Source: Adineta vaga (lineage: Eukaryota > Animalia > Rotifera). Taken from it: 64,000 bases of DNA. Below the pieces are notes generated by a model. It did not search any database and was not told the origin of the DNA. It worked only from the letters and a program-made list of their open reading frames with translations. The translations under genes and the position numbers were made by a program. Position 1 is the stretch's first letter. The number at the start of each line of letters is the position of its first letter. Location of the stretch: the NCBI GenBank assembly GCA_021613535.1, contig CP075492.1:2666001-2730000 (forward strand). Reading direction: 5' to 3'. Positions 13,401-27,963 of the stretch are shown in pieces.

Positions 13401-14499
13401 AAAGAGATCTTTTTATATGAAAACTAGTAATCTGAAATCAGATTAATAGGTGTAATCAGCTAATTAGAATTCCTATAAATAAAGTATCTTCTAATAAAAA
13501 ATTCTTCGCATTGAAAATGCGATAACATCATCGTATGAGACATAAAATGACGTTCCTAGAAAAAAAACTATAAGTACATACATTGTTTTATGTTAGTTTT
13601 TATCGATTACAATGTTTCTTGTCAGAATAACGATCCAAACTAACGAGTTTGAGTGTATTTAAAATTAGAAGAGTTTCGTTGTTGATATTTATACAAGGAA
13701 CAATCAATGATTTATGATAATATTGTATAAATGACTTGTCAAGGCATATAAACTTATCTGTAGATCACCTGATTTCATATAACTGTCATTCTAATTAAGG
13801 GATGCTAAATGTGCCCGCAATGATAATTTATTGTCGTATAATATATTTGAAACAATTTTCTTTCTATAAAGCCTGATAGAGAAAAGGAAGCGTTATCTTT
13901 CTATTATATTTGATCATACGTCATGTAATATAATAATAATAAATTTTCGATAAGATTTGTGTCGTTAACATTCGTACGCGTTGTATCGATAAGTTGAATA
14001 GCACGCTTGGTCATTCTTCATCGGTCAAGAATATGTGTCTGATGACCGTTCAACATTCTCCTACAGCTTCTCATTATTGATCAACAATAAATATGAACTG
14101 CAGTGGTAACGAAAGTTCTCCGTCTAAATTTCGTTACACGTGTTGTAAGTTTGCATCGAAGTTTTTACTTCCTTTACATACGTTATTACAAAGTAGGATA
14201 TATACCATATATAGTGTAGCGTGAAAAACTATACAAGCTTTTCAGTAACGTTGAGCATGATTGTTTTCAAAAAGACAGAAATTCTATACGATTCACTTTT
14301 GTATTGCTTAAAGTACGGTTTCTTAAAACGTTACCTATCTAGATAACAAAAACTACTGCCATAGAATAAATGACATCGTATGACGTGTAGAAATTTTCGT
14401 ACCGCATCTTACAGTATGTTTTAAGAAGAAGAGTTGCGAGTGGATGAAGAGAATAACGATACCCTCATTCTCGCCTCTATCCATATCCACTCTCAAAAT

Positions 14500-16677
14500 C
14501 AACATATATGTAATACTCAAAAGTTGAAATCAAATATTCAACTATTCAGGTTTTTCTATCGAGTGTTTCGTCAGGATATTCGCATATCGACAAAGAGTGA
14601 TGTCTCGTCTACGGAGGGTAAATAGTTGAATTCAACTTTCGAGTATTACTCTACTGAATTGTATATCAGTTGCATTTGAAATTTTATAATCTATTAAATT
14701 TGTGACGTTTCTAATTTGATTTATATGAAAGATAACAATGAAATATATTTTTCTATAGGTATTGTTATGCAAGTAGTGATAATTACAAAAATCAACTCAA
14801 CGAGTAGAATCATTTATTTGCGAATGTGCCGTCATAATAATCCAACTATGAATGAACTGAAAGAATATGTGTCTAGGAAAATTCCAACCTTAGAACCAAA
14901 TGGGTGGACTTATATTGATCAGCTTGTTTCAATGTTATTTTATATAGGTGAATATAAACAAAAGCCGAGCAAATGTTTAGTATGATATCGATAGATAAAA
15001 AAATACTTCTGACAATGCTTTACGATCAAAGTAATCTATATCGAAATCTCATTAACAATTCTAATATTCCAGATTTATTACGCTCCTTAATATAGAGAGT
15101 ATAGCCGATTGTTTAAGGAATTATTCTGAACGATTTAATGAAAATAATCCATCAGCTGTTGAACTCAATCAAGTTGTGGAACGCTTTGCCGAATGTTTAC
15201 ACCGTTTAGGATCCTTAGCATTTTCTTCAACTTATCCTAAGGTAGTTCAGATTTACATTGTTCCATAGTCAGAACAGCTTATACAGCAACTTAGCAGTCA
15301 TCGTTCCATATCTGATGTTGCTTCTATTATTGCACTATGAGTATGAACAGTTTACAGACTGCAATTAATCTTCAATTATTTGATCATCCTCTAATAAATA
15401 TAACTCGAGATTTAATATCAACGACTGAAATCACAAAAAATTCGTAGCATACAACTGCTGATTACAATTCCTAATCGTTTCATTTTTTTTCAGATCTTAA
15501 AAGACATCGATTTTTTATTGCAAGATAAAGATTAAAACATTCTCGAAAAATATATACATTATCGATGCTGAATTATCAGACATAATCAAGGATATCAAGA
15601 TAAAACTCGAGCAAAAAAAGAAAGTTGATACATCTTTTCGACATCATATACTTTTTTTGAAGTGAAGAAATTGATAATGATCCATAGACATATACATTGA
15701 AAATTATTATGAACTAAATACCAAGAATAGACCACAAATATTTAGATTTCGTAAGATATCGTAAAATATATCTCGTTGTGTAATTGTTCCAACGTGCGTG
15801 AGACGAACAGCGTAAAGAAAATGGCTGATAAGGAGTTTATAGAACAACTTGCAAGGGCGAAGCAGTTTTTCTATTGTTCTTTTCATTCTATCCGTGCTTT
15901 TTATTTCTAATAAGAAAAATAAAGAGAGATTGTATTACATATAAAACAGTAAAAGTATCAATATCTGCGCACACATATCATATTCTCACGATCTTAAATA
16001 GATAATTGTACATGCAATTGACATTAAAATAACAAAGTAACGACATTTCTGAATACAGTTGGTGAGTGATTTCGCATAACTTATTTCATTTTTCGAATAT
16101 CTTAAAAATCTCATCGAATATCTTTTTTGTGATCTTTCTTTATAGGATGATTACGAAAGATGAAGATAAAACGATGCTAATATAATGAGAAAACAAATAA
16201 ACTGATGAGGCTTTGATAACTATGTCCACGCGTTTATTGTTAATTTATTTTCTTCGTACGAAAGATATTCTCTCCTTTTCTCTGTTCTTCCGTCATAACT
16301 ACCATCTTCGTTGTGCTAGTGATGAAGTGTTATTAACGGATATCTATGGACATTATCTGAAAGAAGTATCTGATCGAGATGTTATTGACAAATTGATTCA
16401 ACGAATTGATTTAACAATGTTAGAGAATAAGTTAATGTCGTTTTTGTATATATTAAAATCTCTCGCTCAAGTTGATGCAGTATCTTTGTTAGAAATACAT
16501 CAAAGGATTTCAATGATCAAGAATATTCCTTGCGAAGATAATGAGAGAAGAATCAACAATGAACGTCTTATTTTATATCAATTATCAAATCTTAGTTCTT
16601 TTGAAATGATTTGGCCATCTTGTGAAACAATTTCTACTGAGAGCGATATTGACGAACAATTCGAGAGAGAAATCTAG
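14500..16677 (+). pseudogene. Degraded gene remnant of unknown family
   Basis: Exon-like stretches (14716..14985, 16213..16677) with splice-like signals but many stops. No recognisable motif. Confidence 0.3.
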
Positions 16678-17298
16678 AATCTCTTTCGACTAGTGCAATC
16701 TTGAGGGTGGATATGAATGTTGATTATTAAATCACATCTTTAACCTCAAGATTTGTCAATGTTACCCGTAGATATCATGTTTATCTCATGAATAGTAGAA
16801 ATCATATAAATATGGCGTTGATCTTTTCCCTTCACTGCCATAGAAGTATGTCAGAGTGTCTAAACACTTGCTGATATTGTTCCAATTATATTGTTTAAAA
16901 ATTACTTAAATATATTCGATTCAATCTTACACTGCCACATGCTCCAGTTTTCATAGAATGTATTAGGTGGTAATGTCACTTCTATTCTATTTCTTATATA
17001 ATGACGTCATGTTGTCTCTATGTGTCATATGTTTTCTAGTCTTCTGGTCTTTTCGTAAACCAATAGAAACCGGATGTTTGTAAATAGGAAAACGCTTTTT
17101 TGTGTACAAATACATATCGATATAGCATTCTTCTACCGCTGTTAATTAAGTAGCAGAATACTTCCTATCAAATTATTATGAATGATTTCAGCAATAGGAA
17201 ATATAATTCAATGCTAGTTATTCAGTCGAGGGCTTAGCGAATCTGCCTCGACGAGCGTTATTTATAATAATAATGAATTGAGATGTTTAATAATAGAA

Positions 17299-17735
17299 TA
17301 TCTCAATTCTTATTGGTTTATGTAGTTTCAGTTAATTGAGAAAATCAAGATGAGCGAGTGCAGAAAATTTTCTTTTTTCTCAATGATCTTTCGTACGTTA
17401 CTATTATCATTTATAACTCAATATATGATAAAAAAAAGATTGATTTCTAATTAAATAATTCTCATTGTTGTTCTGATTTATCGATTTAAGTTATTGATGA
17501 TTTGATATGCAATTGATTTTTCTCAATTACGGAGAGAAATTCAGACAGTTTAACAGTAGAATAGCTAAGGAGTTATGAGTAATGTAAGTTTGATTTCTAT
17601 TTTGATTTGATGATCTTTCTTAACCAATTGTTCGTGTTTGTTGAGACATTATTGTGGATACATCTACTGAATTAACTTAGTATTCTCGTGGATAAACAAC
17701 AGAATTGTTAATATTGAACTCTTTCAATTCTAATA
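17299..17735. repeat. ~440-bp dispersed repeat, copy 2, next to a Helitron-like hairpin-CTAG end
   Basis: Matches 10461-10899. Nearby at 17214-17251 the minus strand reads GTCGAGG...CCTCGAC hairpin then TGAATAA CTAG. Confidence 0.85.
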
Positions 17736-17937
17736 CATCCAAATCCAGTCTCAAGTCTGGATTTTCTGCTATGGTATGATTATTATTGAAAAAGCAGCGA
17801 ATCAAAATCATGTGAAGTAAGAAATACCTGCAGGGTGAAAAATCAAATGAGGTGCACAGTGTATTGAATAGAGTAAAAATAAAGTGGCTTTTTTCGGGCA
17901 GATGATTTTGTAATGTCGAGCAATGTTGTCTACGATG

Positions 17938-18985
17938 TCACTCAGCAACAGAGTTGGTTGCAAGAAGAAATTTTTGAATACGGCTGTTCATTTGATCAGT
18001 AACAAATATGTTACCATGACTATCGAAACTGAGTGCAAACGGGGAGTTCAATTGGTTAGATGCTGAGCCACTTGTATTCGTACATCCAACTACACATCGA
18101 AATCCATTTGGTCCTGATCGGATGATGCGATTGTTACCACTATCCACAATAAATAGATAACCATCAGCATCGAGTACAACACCGGTTGGACAATGGAGCG
18201 CAAAGCTCACGGCTGCTTTGCTTCCTACCACTGTTTTCCCCAACGGTTGTTCAAGCGAGAAAAGTATAACAATGTTACTTCCACAGTCCGCCACACACAG
18301 GTTGAAAGCACTGTCAACAAAAATACTGTAATGGTACATAAGATTTTTACGAATTGGTATAAGAGACACATCACTCGCCACTTTTGTTATCATGTTCGTA
18401 CTGTTATGAAGTGCTACCATAACGACTTGAAGAGAGTTTGAAAGTGAACAATAGAGATTATTATTCTGGTCGATAAAAAGACCGAAACAAGAAGCACTGA
18501 AATTCGCCACTGGTACACTACTTCTCGTCTTCCATGACTGTTTGTTCACTTGACTAGTCGAGGAATAACTAACGAAAATATCGCCATTTTTTGTAACGAA
18601 GAGACCGAGTGGATGAATTAAGTTAGGATCTTCAAGTGTTATAGTTGGACTGACAGTACCGTCGAGCCACACTTGAACACGATTGTTAATTTGATCGGTG
18701 ACATACACAGTATTGTTATTATCAACGAATACTGCAAACGGATGGGTACCCACCGTCCTACGACCTGCGAAAGTGATACCATTTGGATTCCATGCTGCAC
18801 AGAAAGAAAATTTTGGTAGATTATAGGAAACATCTATGAATAGAAGAAATACACAGAATACAATGTGACGCACCTCATATATGAATTAAAAGTAAAAGGT
18901 TGAGCCTTCCATACCAGTAAAATTTGTTGGAAGAGCTCCATGAAAATACAAGATGATATAATTAGCAACTATCAGGCTCCATAGT
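17938..18985 (-). CDS. NHL-repeat protein, possibly decaying
   Basis: WNPNGITFAG, HPFAVFVD..VYVTDQINNRVQVW, CPTGVVLDADGYLFIVDSGNNRII, SPFALSFDSHGNIFVTDQMNSRIQKF. The putative upstream signal-peptide exon lacks an in-frame ATG. Confidence 0.75.
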
Positions 18986-21019
18986 TAAAGCTTCGAAACA
19001 GATCTCTATGAGTTTGTTTCAATTCTTTTTATGAATGTCGCTAAATTGAAATCCAGCCTATACTACAAACCTGAGAAGCCAAATCGACGACCATTGTTCA
19101 CTTACATATGTAATACTAGAAACTTGATTTCAGGTATTCAACTATTTAATTCTCTGCTGTGACGGGTGCTGCTGAAAATATGTGAAAATATTTACCAGGC
19201 TGAGTAGCCATATTCTAAGGTGTCGTAGTATGCTTGCTGATTCGGACAGTGCTCGATGTTGTTGAACTATCGATTTGAGTTGAGCTATGACTAACGAAAC
19301 GAAATATTCGATGCAAAGCTTTCCAAGCACTTGACTTACCGTCTCCGCAGCAGTTGCCATAGACAAGCAGAAAAAAACATGAGGACAATCGTCGCTACTA
19401 CTGCTATTATAATGTACTTGCACGGGACTTTTCTATTTGATTTTTGGTTTTTCAGCTGCGCACAATACACGCTTTCACTCTGATTTTTGTTGTATTTCAT
19501 TCGTCAAACCTTTACTTGACGCATCAATACAAAATAACTCGTATAACTAAAGTTACTGGGCGTTTTAATATTGACGAAGCACACATATAATGTGAAGATC
19601 AGATAAAATGTATTGTTCTCCGAACAAAAACAATAACGAATGATTGACTCATAGATAAAAATTTGATGATCGAATTGATAAAAGAGTATTCGATTTCATC
19701 GCATTTGCTCATGATTCTACACATGTACATGATGGTTATTTATATGGAAATGTTTCACCTAAGACAGAAACCCATAAAAAGACATAGTCAGTTTGTTTCA
19801 CAAACGAACAGAAGAGTGTGAATGAAGATGTATGCAGTAGTTATAGCCGATTTCGACTTTTTCTAGAAGTCTTCTTCCGATCGCTCTAAGCAATAATTTC
19901 AAACAGTTATCTTTACCAGTAATTCAATGAAATCATCTCGTAGATCCGTGCACTAAAAAATCTTTTTCATGATGACTGTAGTCATATTCGATATACTAGA
20001 ATAGTAACATAATAATGCTGATGTTGACAGTTGTATTCTGGAGGGTCACAATGAAGAACGTTTCATACATCTACTATGCATATATAAAATTTTCACCAAC
20101 CGACTCACGAAAGAAGAAAGTATAGATATGTGAGTAACAAAACAGGCACACCCATACATCCTCAATTATTTAGTTGTATTATAATCCTGTTCATAAATAA
20201 TTAGATGGTTTTCTACATTATATATAGGTTATTAACATAAAATGAAAGTATGACAAGGGTATCATAGATTGCTCTACTGTTGTAATTACTATTTGTCGAG
20301 GAGATGATTCTGAAAAAAAAGGCCGAAAAACCTGGCCGATGGTTAAAAACGCGACAAAACATGTTTTTTCCAACGTGCGATTAAAATCAATTACGAATTT
20401 TTTATTTTAATCGATTTTTTGATGAAGAAAAATCGATTAAAATCAGATTTCTTACCATTTTGTTTTTTACATGTATAAGATAGAAATCATAAGCACAACA
20501 ATAAAGTATAATTTTTTCAATTATTTTCTTCCTGTGTATCTCTGCTATGAAGAAATCAATTTGAACTGTTTTATCTTATCAATCTAAATATTTTGAAGTT
20601 ACTTTGCCTAGAAAGATTTCAAATACATTTAATTCATAAAGATCTACTCTTTTTTTTGTATAAATCCGAAATAAATCTTTTCAATTAATAATCATCTATT
20701 CTTTTCTTTTATTATGTAATATGAAGAAAAAAAATGATCGAGTTTAACATTACAGATAATACAAAAAAAAGAGAAAAGTTAATAGTCGATTGTTTTTCTT
20801 TTTTCATATGATGGATGTTGTTCATATTCATGTTAATCGACTTGTCTAGAATTACGAATATATATATATTTAAGAATTTTAAACATAGAAAATTGAAGAT
20901 ATTTCTATGTAAATGATAAAAAATAACAACCTTTTTTTCCCTGCAAATCTTTTGTTAATGAAAATAGCTGAAATGGAATTATTTGATTTGATTGAATAAT
21001 ATTTACCTAATGATTATTC

Positions 21020-21178
21020 TTATTTCTTTGTTCCAAATGATATTGGACCTGCTCCAGCTTTAGCTTCCTTTTTAGCCTTTTCTGCAGCTCGTTTTTCTTC
21101 TTTAGCATGACCACCTTTGGGTTTGTTTTTTTCAGATTTTGAATTAGGCTTGGGTTTAAATGCTTCTTTTGGTGGCAT
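21020..21178 (-). CDS. 52-aa Lys/Ala-rich basic microprotein
   Basis: MPPKEAFKPKPNSKSEKNKPKGGHAKEEKRAAEKAKKEAKAGAGPISFGTKK*. Coding-like composition inside very AT-rich flanks. Below the ORF-track length cutoff. Confidence 0.65.
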   Translation of the reverse strand: MPPKEAFKPKPNSKSEKNKPKGGHAKEEKRAAEKAKKEAKAGAGPISFGTKK

Positions 21179-22445
21179 AATGATAATTTAAATAAATATC
21201 AGATCGATTGGTCGACAAAAAAACAAATGTTTTATGAAAATGAAAAAATCTAAAATAATGGATAATAAACGACCGACAAATAGAAGAAAAAGAGAAAAAT
21301 GTGCGCATATGTAATGAATCTTATGATGTCCATATATATCCAGTGTATACCGATTGTTATCGACGTTATAAACTTCCTCATTATTTTTCATCCTGTAGAT
21401 GCTGAAAAAACGATTTTCCGGTCTGAATATATATCACTCGAGTACTTTTTCTCTTTTATTTATCTATAATTGTTTTAATCTTAAATATTTGAAAATATAA
21501 TATATTTCATAAAATTTTTAAAATAGAAATCTACTAAAATAAGATTTTTTACATTGTTTGTTTTCCACGAATAGAAATACAAGAGAAAATGAACAGGTCA
21601 ATGAGGACAAAATATATAGATGTGATTTTAGAAGAGAATAAAATACATCGAGACTGAATTTCTTATTTTAAATTCAATATAAAAATCATCATTATCGATT
21701 GTTTTTATAATCTTAAACTTAGAAATATGAGTATTGATATTTCTAAATAGAAAAAATGACGTGTTCATATCGTATTTATTGTTCAAACAACAAAAGTTGA
21801 TAAAAGATTCTTTAAAGGTATTTGTTGGAAAAGAAATACAATTGAAGAGGAAAAAGTGAATTTCGTTTCTTCTGAACGTTATCGATTGATTGAAAATCGC
21901 TAATTTCATGGTCAAATAGTAGAACAAAAGCACATGTTTAGATTTATGATTCACCGAAAAACTATAAACTCATCATCTTCGAATTTTCAGTTTACGATTT
22001 TGAACATGTCGATGTTGTTCCAGGTACACCAGTTTTCAATCCTATTGTCAAAATACTTTATATATCAAAAGGCTTGAATCTATGGATAAAATTTCAATCA
22101 ATCTAACCTAGCTGATCGATCCTATAGTGTATTTGTTTACTGTCGTTTTCATTTTTAAATACAAAAAGGAACAATGAATTTGCCTTTTACATTTTCAACT
22201 TACCCCTCTTGATTTCATATATACATGTATATATAATCAAACATTATCCAAACGGCAATAGAACTATAGTTATGACAGCTTATCCATATATTCTCAAGAT
22301 AATTTGATAGCCATCTGATGAGTCCTATTGAGCAAGAATGAAAACGGCCATAGCAACATCCTCAATGGATCTATTCTTTATAAGAATTGATTAGAGAAAT
22401 AAGAGATTGATTTTTATTTCGAATACAAACATTCGTCTAGTTTAC

Positions 22446-23857
22446 CTAATATGTTGTTCTTTTAAACGAAGGAATTCCATCGAAATCCGTAACCTGATTT
22501 CCTTGATAAACTATTGGAGGATCTAACCAAAATGACTGAATCTTTGGAGATACAGCTACATGAAAATTTAGCATCAAATCTAATGGAAAAAGTCGATTTT
22601 TTTCAGCGTTAAGTTGATCTAATATCGCCTTCGCTGAACAAGCAGTCAACAAATAAGCATGATTGCATCGAGTTGATTTGCCTTTGTGTGTGGAGAACAT
22701 TGGTGGTGCATCTTTTCGATTGATTGGAAAAGAAGGATCATGAAGATGAAAACAACCACCGATGAATATCATTGGATCTTGTTCAACCCATTCATTACTA
22801 TTCTTCGATAGCGGTGGTCTATCCTTGATACATTGATTTAGTCCACCCATTTTGAGCATACCTGTACGAATAGCTGTATAGATAGTTCGATCAAATTTCT
22901 CACGAAAGTATGGTACAAAAATGGCATCATCTTCAAAAATAAGTGATAGAGAAGAGTTCCGAGTAACAATGTCATGCCATATATCGACATGTTGCATTGC
23001 AATTGAACATCGTCGTTGACGCGTTGGATTGCCTAAATATTTGATAGTTAATCAAGAGACAATGCAATGTAAATAGATTGAATATTAGATTTTATCTGTT
23101 TGGTCTCTAAGTTAAAGGAATAATAACAATATTTGAGTATCAAATTTTGCTACCTATTGATGAAACTGTTAGAAGTACTGAGGTGCTACAGAATTCTAAG
23201 TTACACTTACCCCATTTTTTTAAGTTGAGCTTTCTGTAAATGTCTTCTTTATTCTTTGGATCACGACAACTAGCATACGTCCATTTCATACGCCATTCAT
23301 AATTAGTTATATTATATTGATTCAATGATCTCTTTAAGTAAGCACGACGATCAGTCAGTCGTGAATCAGAAATGATGTAGATGTGATCAACAAATGCAAG
23401 ACCAGTCGTTGTTATTGAAGAAGTTGGTATATTAAAAGATCTATTTTCCTTTTGTATATTATAAATAGGTTCCCATGGAGTAATATTTGCTGGAAGAGAT
23501 TCATTAGGAAATGAAAATGCTTTCCATTGTGAACGAGGTCCTGAACGACTAATGATTTCATCCATTGAATAGAAATCATAAGCAGTATTATAGAGCAAGT
23601 AGATTGTTTCAGGAGTAAACCTTATGTTTCGATGCAAACTACTCAAATTGATCAGAACATAGTCATATGATGGTAAGATATTAAGATAAACTGAAGATAA
23701 TATATATATATATATATATAGAAATACGTGATATACACAATTGCAAGAATTATATTTATTTACCTGTACAACTTACAATAATTAAACCGAATGTAGCACT
23801 TATACATAATTGGTACATCTTTCTGCGACGATCACGTCTTTCTTTTGCAGCCAACAT
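22446..23857 (-). CDS. Glycosyltransferase family 25-like, type II membrane anchor, 3 exons
   Basis: ATG at 23857 then hydrophobic anchor. VDHIYIIS..RR, RCSIAMQHVDIWHDI, LIFEDDA (GT25 EDD), HAYLLT..AK, PLD. Confidence 0.8.
23701..23720. repeat. (TA)10 microsatellite in GT25 intron
   Basis: tatatatatatatatatata. Confidence 0.9.
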
Positions 23858-26030
23858 GATTTAAATTTATATCAGTTTAAAATAGACTATCAAAATAAAA
23901 TTAAAATAAAAAAATAGTTCCGAAAATTGTATCTATTATTTGTCGATGGGAGGATTCTGAAAAGTAGGTCGAGAAGTCCGGTTGATGGTTGAAAACTGAA
24001 GAAAATACGTTTTTTTCTGCATTTTACGGAAAAACGGATTCTACTCAGATTTTTAATGCTTTTTTTACATGAGCTCTTTTTTGATGTTACTGGCATCAAA
24101 TAGATATTCGTATTAATAAACTAACCTGAGTGGTGATGTATAGACAAATATGGTTTGTGTAGATGAAAAGCTACATTACTTGATATGGTAGCCTCGAAAA
24201 ACGCATTTAGCGTGACGTTTAAAGAACAGGCAAACGGCGTTTTCATGGGAGTGAGAAAGGTAAAAATCCCTTTCGAATCAATGCATCACTGAAAAACAGT
24301 ATAGGTAGCATTTTTTATTTCCTCTTTATCACATAAAACCTATTGGGTATTCGTGTGGAACGAAATGTTTGATGATATGAAAGCGATCGAGGGATTTATT
24401 TTGTTTATTAAATAAATTGATTCACTCGTTATCTGTTTTAGATGTAATAGATAAAATATTTTATGAATTAAATACTTTTATTAATCAATTGAAAATCAAA
24501 AGAGATTATTTAAATTTCTTCATCATTATTCATTACCAATGATTTTCGCATAGAATTTATCGAGTTTAATTGAAAGTATTGTATTGCGAGTTGATGTCAA
24601 TATAGATATGTATTTAATTGAAGATAGACATCAATATTCTCTATGCATTCAATCGTCGTAAAAATGAACACTACCAAATGTTCTACCGTATACTTGCTTG
24701 AGTCATGAGGAAGATTGAGATGGGGTGTCATCGAAGGCGTACTGAATAAATTTTCACCTACACCCTCAACTTTTAATAATCGAATATTGAATAATATTTG
24801 AATTTTTTTTTCTTAGTCTTGCAAAGAATATGTGTCGCGAAATAATCTCTAATGAACTAAACGTTGTTTTCGATTCAAATAATGTTCATCTTAAGGGTGT
24901 GGGTGTAGTAAGACTACACCAACATTTACCATTATCGAAGAGTATCAATAAACAAGAGAATGAAGAATTTATTCAATATTCTATATTTGATGTTAATAAT
25001 GAAAGAAAAGTTATATTTATATGACTATATTAAATAATAATAAAGATAAAGATATCAATTTGTTGTGATGCAATGACATTGACGTTATTCAATACGAATC
25101 ATGAGTAGGATAACAGTATATCAAATAATACTTCTGATTTCCTTAAATAAATATATGAAGCAGTGTCGGAGTTATTGGCGTGGATATGATTTTCTTGCAC
25201 TTTTGTTTCTGTTCGAAATCTCAGCGGTTTATTGTATATAAATAAAGACGTTAGTTAATAATCAAAGTTTGAAATGTAAACAAAACCTATTTCATTTTCT
25301 TTTTTCTTCTAACATGTGACAAAATAAATTGCATGAATAAATATCAATTATTTCTAATATATCAATAGATATTACCAGGATGTTCTTGAAGATGCATACT
25401 TTTTGAATAGAATATTTTAAATCAAAACAAACAAACACAATAGTGCTTCTCAAGATATAAAAGAACATTCATTTCAATGGTTTTTAATCCTAGATAAAAA
25501 TATTTATTAACTAAGTATGAAAGTATATTTTCTAAAGAAGAATATATAATTGAGATAGTTTCGATGTTAATCTGATTTTAGATGATGATTATATATCACT
25601 AAAAACTACTAACATTCTTTTTTGATACATATCAGAGATAATTATGCTTATTCAAAAATTTTTTTTCACCTTAAATACATAAAAGAATATTTACCATTTT
25701 CTTTTTTTCTCAAGCTGTGCTCTTCACTGTGATACTTGAAAGTATTGATAAAATATATCGAAATGGAATTAAGTGTATAAAAGCCTAAGTTCTTACTTTA
25801 TCCCAAGAATTTCAGATTGATGCTGTCTTCTTCTCTGCATGTGTTAATGAAGTGTCGGAAGAGAAAAGAAAAATGAATGGATTCTGCTCTTGTCTTTTTA
25901 TGATACATTTTAATAACGAGAATCAGATTAATAACGTCTTGTTGAGTTTCCAATATTGAAAGGAAAAGAATAATTTGCTTATCTATAATACGTAAAATCG
26001 AAGTGTTTAAACTCGTTTTTTTGTAATTCA

Positions 26031-26927
26031 ATGGTTTCAACATTTGTCATCAATCAAATATACATATGCATCTGTATTATCAATTGTCTTATTTCATCGA
26101 TTTTTCTCATTATCGTTCTTATCAATCATCGTCGATGTTTTAATTTCTCCACTTTTCTAGTATGTAACACTGCTCTGGGTATTTTTCTTTATTCAATTGT
26201 AAACATAGCATCAGTTTGTTATATGTTTATTTGGGATGAACAAGTATCGCCTGCTATCGATCCATTATGTTCGGTACGCGCTTATTTTTATCATTCGACG
26301 ATTGCATGGATTCATCATTCCTTGGTTCTTCAAGCTATTCAACGATATTGTAAAGTTCGAACACTTCAAATTTTCCATACTCGTACTCGTCAATTAGGTT
26401 TTATTCTCATTCAATGGTTATTTGATTTTACTTTTGTTTTACCTGTTTTTTTGACAGGTAATATGAAAAAATTAACAATGGATAATCTATGTTTTGTTTC
26501 ATTGGACAAACTTCCATTAGTCTTTTACTTAGCGACAGTGTCATTTCTCCTATCAGATATCATTATAAATATAATCTATCGATTATTAGTACGTTATGTA
26601 CATGAAATTTCATCACGAGTAAATGGTAATCGGCAAATACAGATGCAACGAGATTTGACAATGGTACGTCGTGTTGTTTTGTTAAATATTCCTTTGCTTG
26701 TTATCGGCATTCCTGTACTTATTGTTCTTGTATTAATAGTAATTCGTACTGATTTATTACCTAAAAATACTCTAAGAATCTTAGTCATGATGGGGAATTC
26801 ACCATTGTCATTTATGCTTTTGATTCTCTTATGGACGACACCAAATCTTCGACAAAGTTTTATCAACAATTGGAATCGAATGAAACAATTTGTATCGATT
26901 AAAAAGAATTCTGTTCGACCACAGTAG
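26031..26927 (+). CDS. Rhodopsin-like orphan GPCR, single exon
   Basis: Seven hydrophobic segments, FLVCN in TM2, Cys at top of TM3, AIQRY (DRY-like), ECL2 Cys. Confidence 0.8.
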   Translation: MVSTFVINQIYICICIINCLISSIFLIIVLINHRRCFNFSTFLVCNTALGIFLYSIVNIASVCYMFIWDEQVSPAIDPLCSVRAYFYHSTIAWIHHSLVLQAIQRYCKVRTLQIFHTRTRQLGFILIQWLFDFTFVLPVFLTGNMKKLTMDNLCFVSLDKLPLVFYLATVSFLLSDIIINIIYRLLVRYVHEISSRVNGNRQIQMQRDLTMVRRVVLLNIPLLVIGIPVLIVLVLIVIRTDLLPKNTLRILVMMGNSPLSFMLLILLWTTPNLRQSFINNWNRMKQFVSIKKNSVRPQ

Positions 26928-27963
26928 AATAATTCGTTCACATATGATTACAATTTTTATGGTTTACGAAGACTGATTCTTTCTCTTCGTATTCTAAACA
27001 TACTATCGTTTTCAATTGGTGGATGTTTTATGAAGTGAAAGAGTTTTTATTGATTTATTAGTCAAGTTGAACCGTTGAGCTTGAAGGAACGCAATTGCTT
27101 CTTCAATCTATAAAGGTCAACATACATTAGTCATATAGAAAATTGTTCGTTTACTTTTCATTAGCCAATAAAACCTAAAATAACTGTGTTTAAAGAATTT
27201 TGATTGAGTTATCATCTTCAATTTACCTATAACTAAAGACCAATTAGAGAAGAAAAAGATGAAAGAGTCGCAGCGTTCGATAAGGAGAATTTGAAACACA
27301 TAGCAGAGATTCAGGCTGATAAATTTTAACTGAATTATATTCGGGATTATTGTACTCAAAATTATAGAATTGATGATGTTTTCTTATTCAGTCAACTTTT
27401 TTGTAGTTTAATGTATTCTATGCGATCATAATTAACTTCATGTAGTTGTCATAGACCTGTGTACACCTTCAGCTTGCAAAAACCTATTGAAATCGGCTAA
27501 CTATAAATATTATTTGCGATTAGAAGGTTCTTTCAACAGAGTATCTGATTATGTAGGTATTTTGACTCCCAATCGAAGAAAGCCTTATACAATTTCTTTC
27601 ATGATTCATTCTTGTGTCGAACATGTATTAATATATATTTGGTTGAAGGACACCTTTATTATTAACGAATCAATAGATGCTTTTCGTTTTTTCTTCTTTA
27701 TTCTGCATCCATTCTGCATGCGTTCTCTTCAACGAGGACAATATGTCTTTGTTACTATTCTAAACAATCATTGAGTATACGTTCTCTCAATGAAAAAGCC
27801 TTTTTTCTGTAATAGATCGATTTATTTAGATAGAATTTGAAGGTATATCTTTTGAAATGAGAAACTATATTGACAAAACTAGATAGGATCAACATGTAAA
27901 AGATTTTCACATTATTTATTGAATATAGATAATTAGATATTCAAGTGTTAGTACCGACTGATT

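Noticed and set aside
19142-19423. 93-aa ORF
   Set aside because: Non-ATG start and no motif or splice support.
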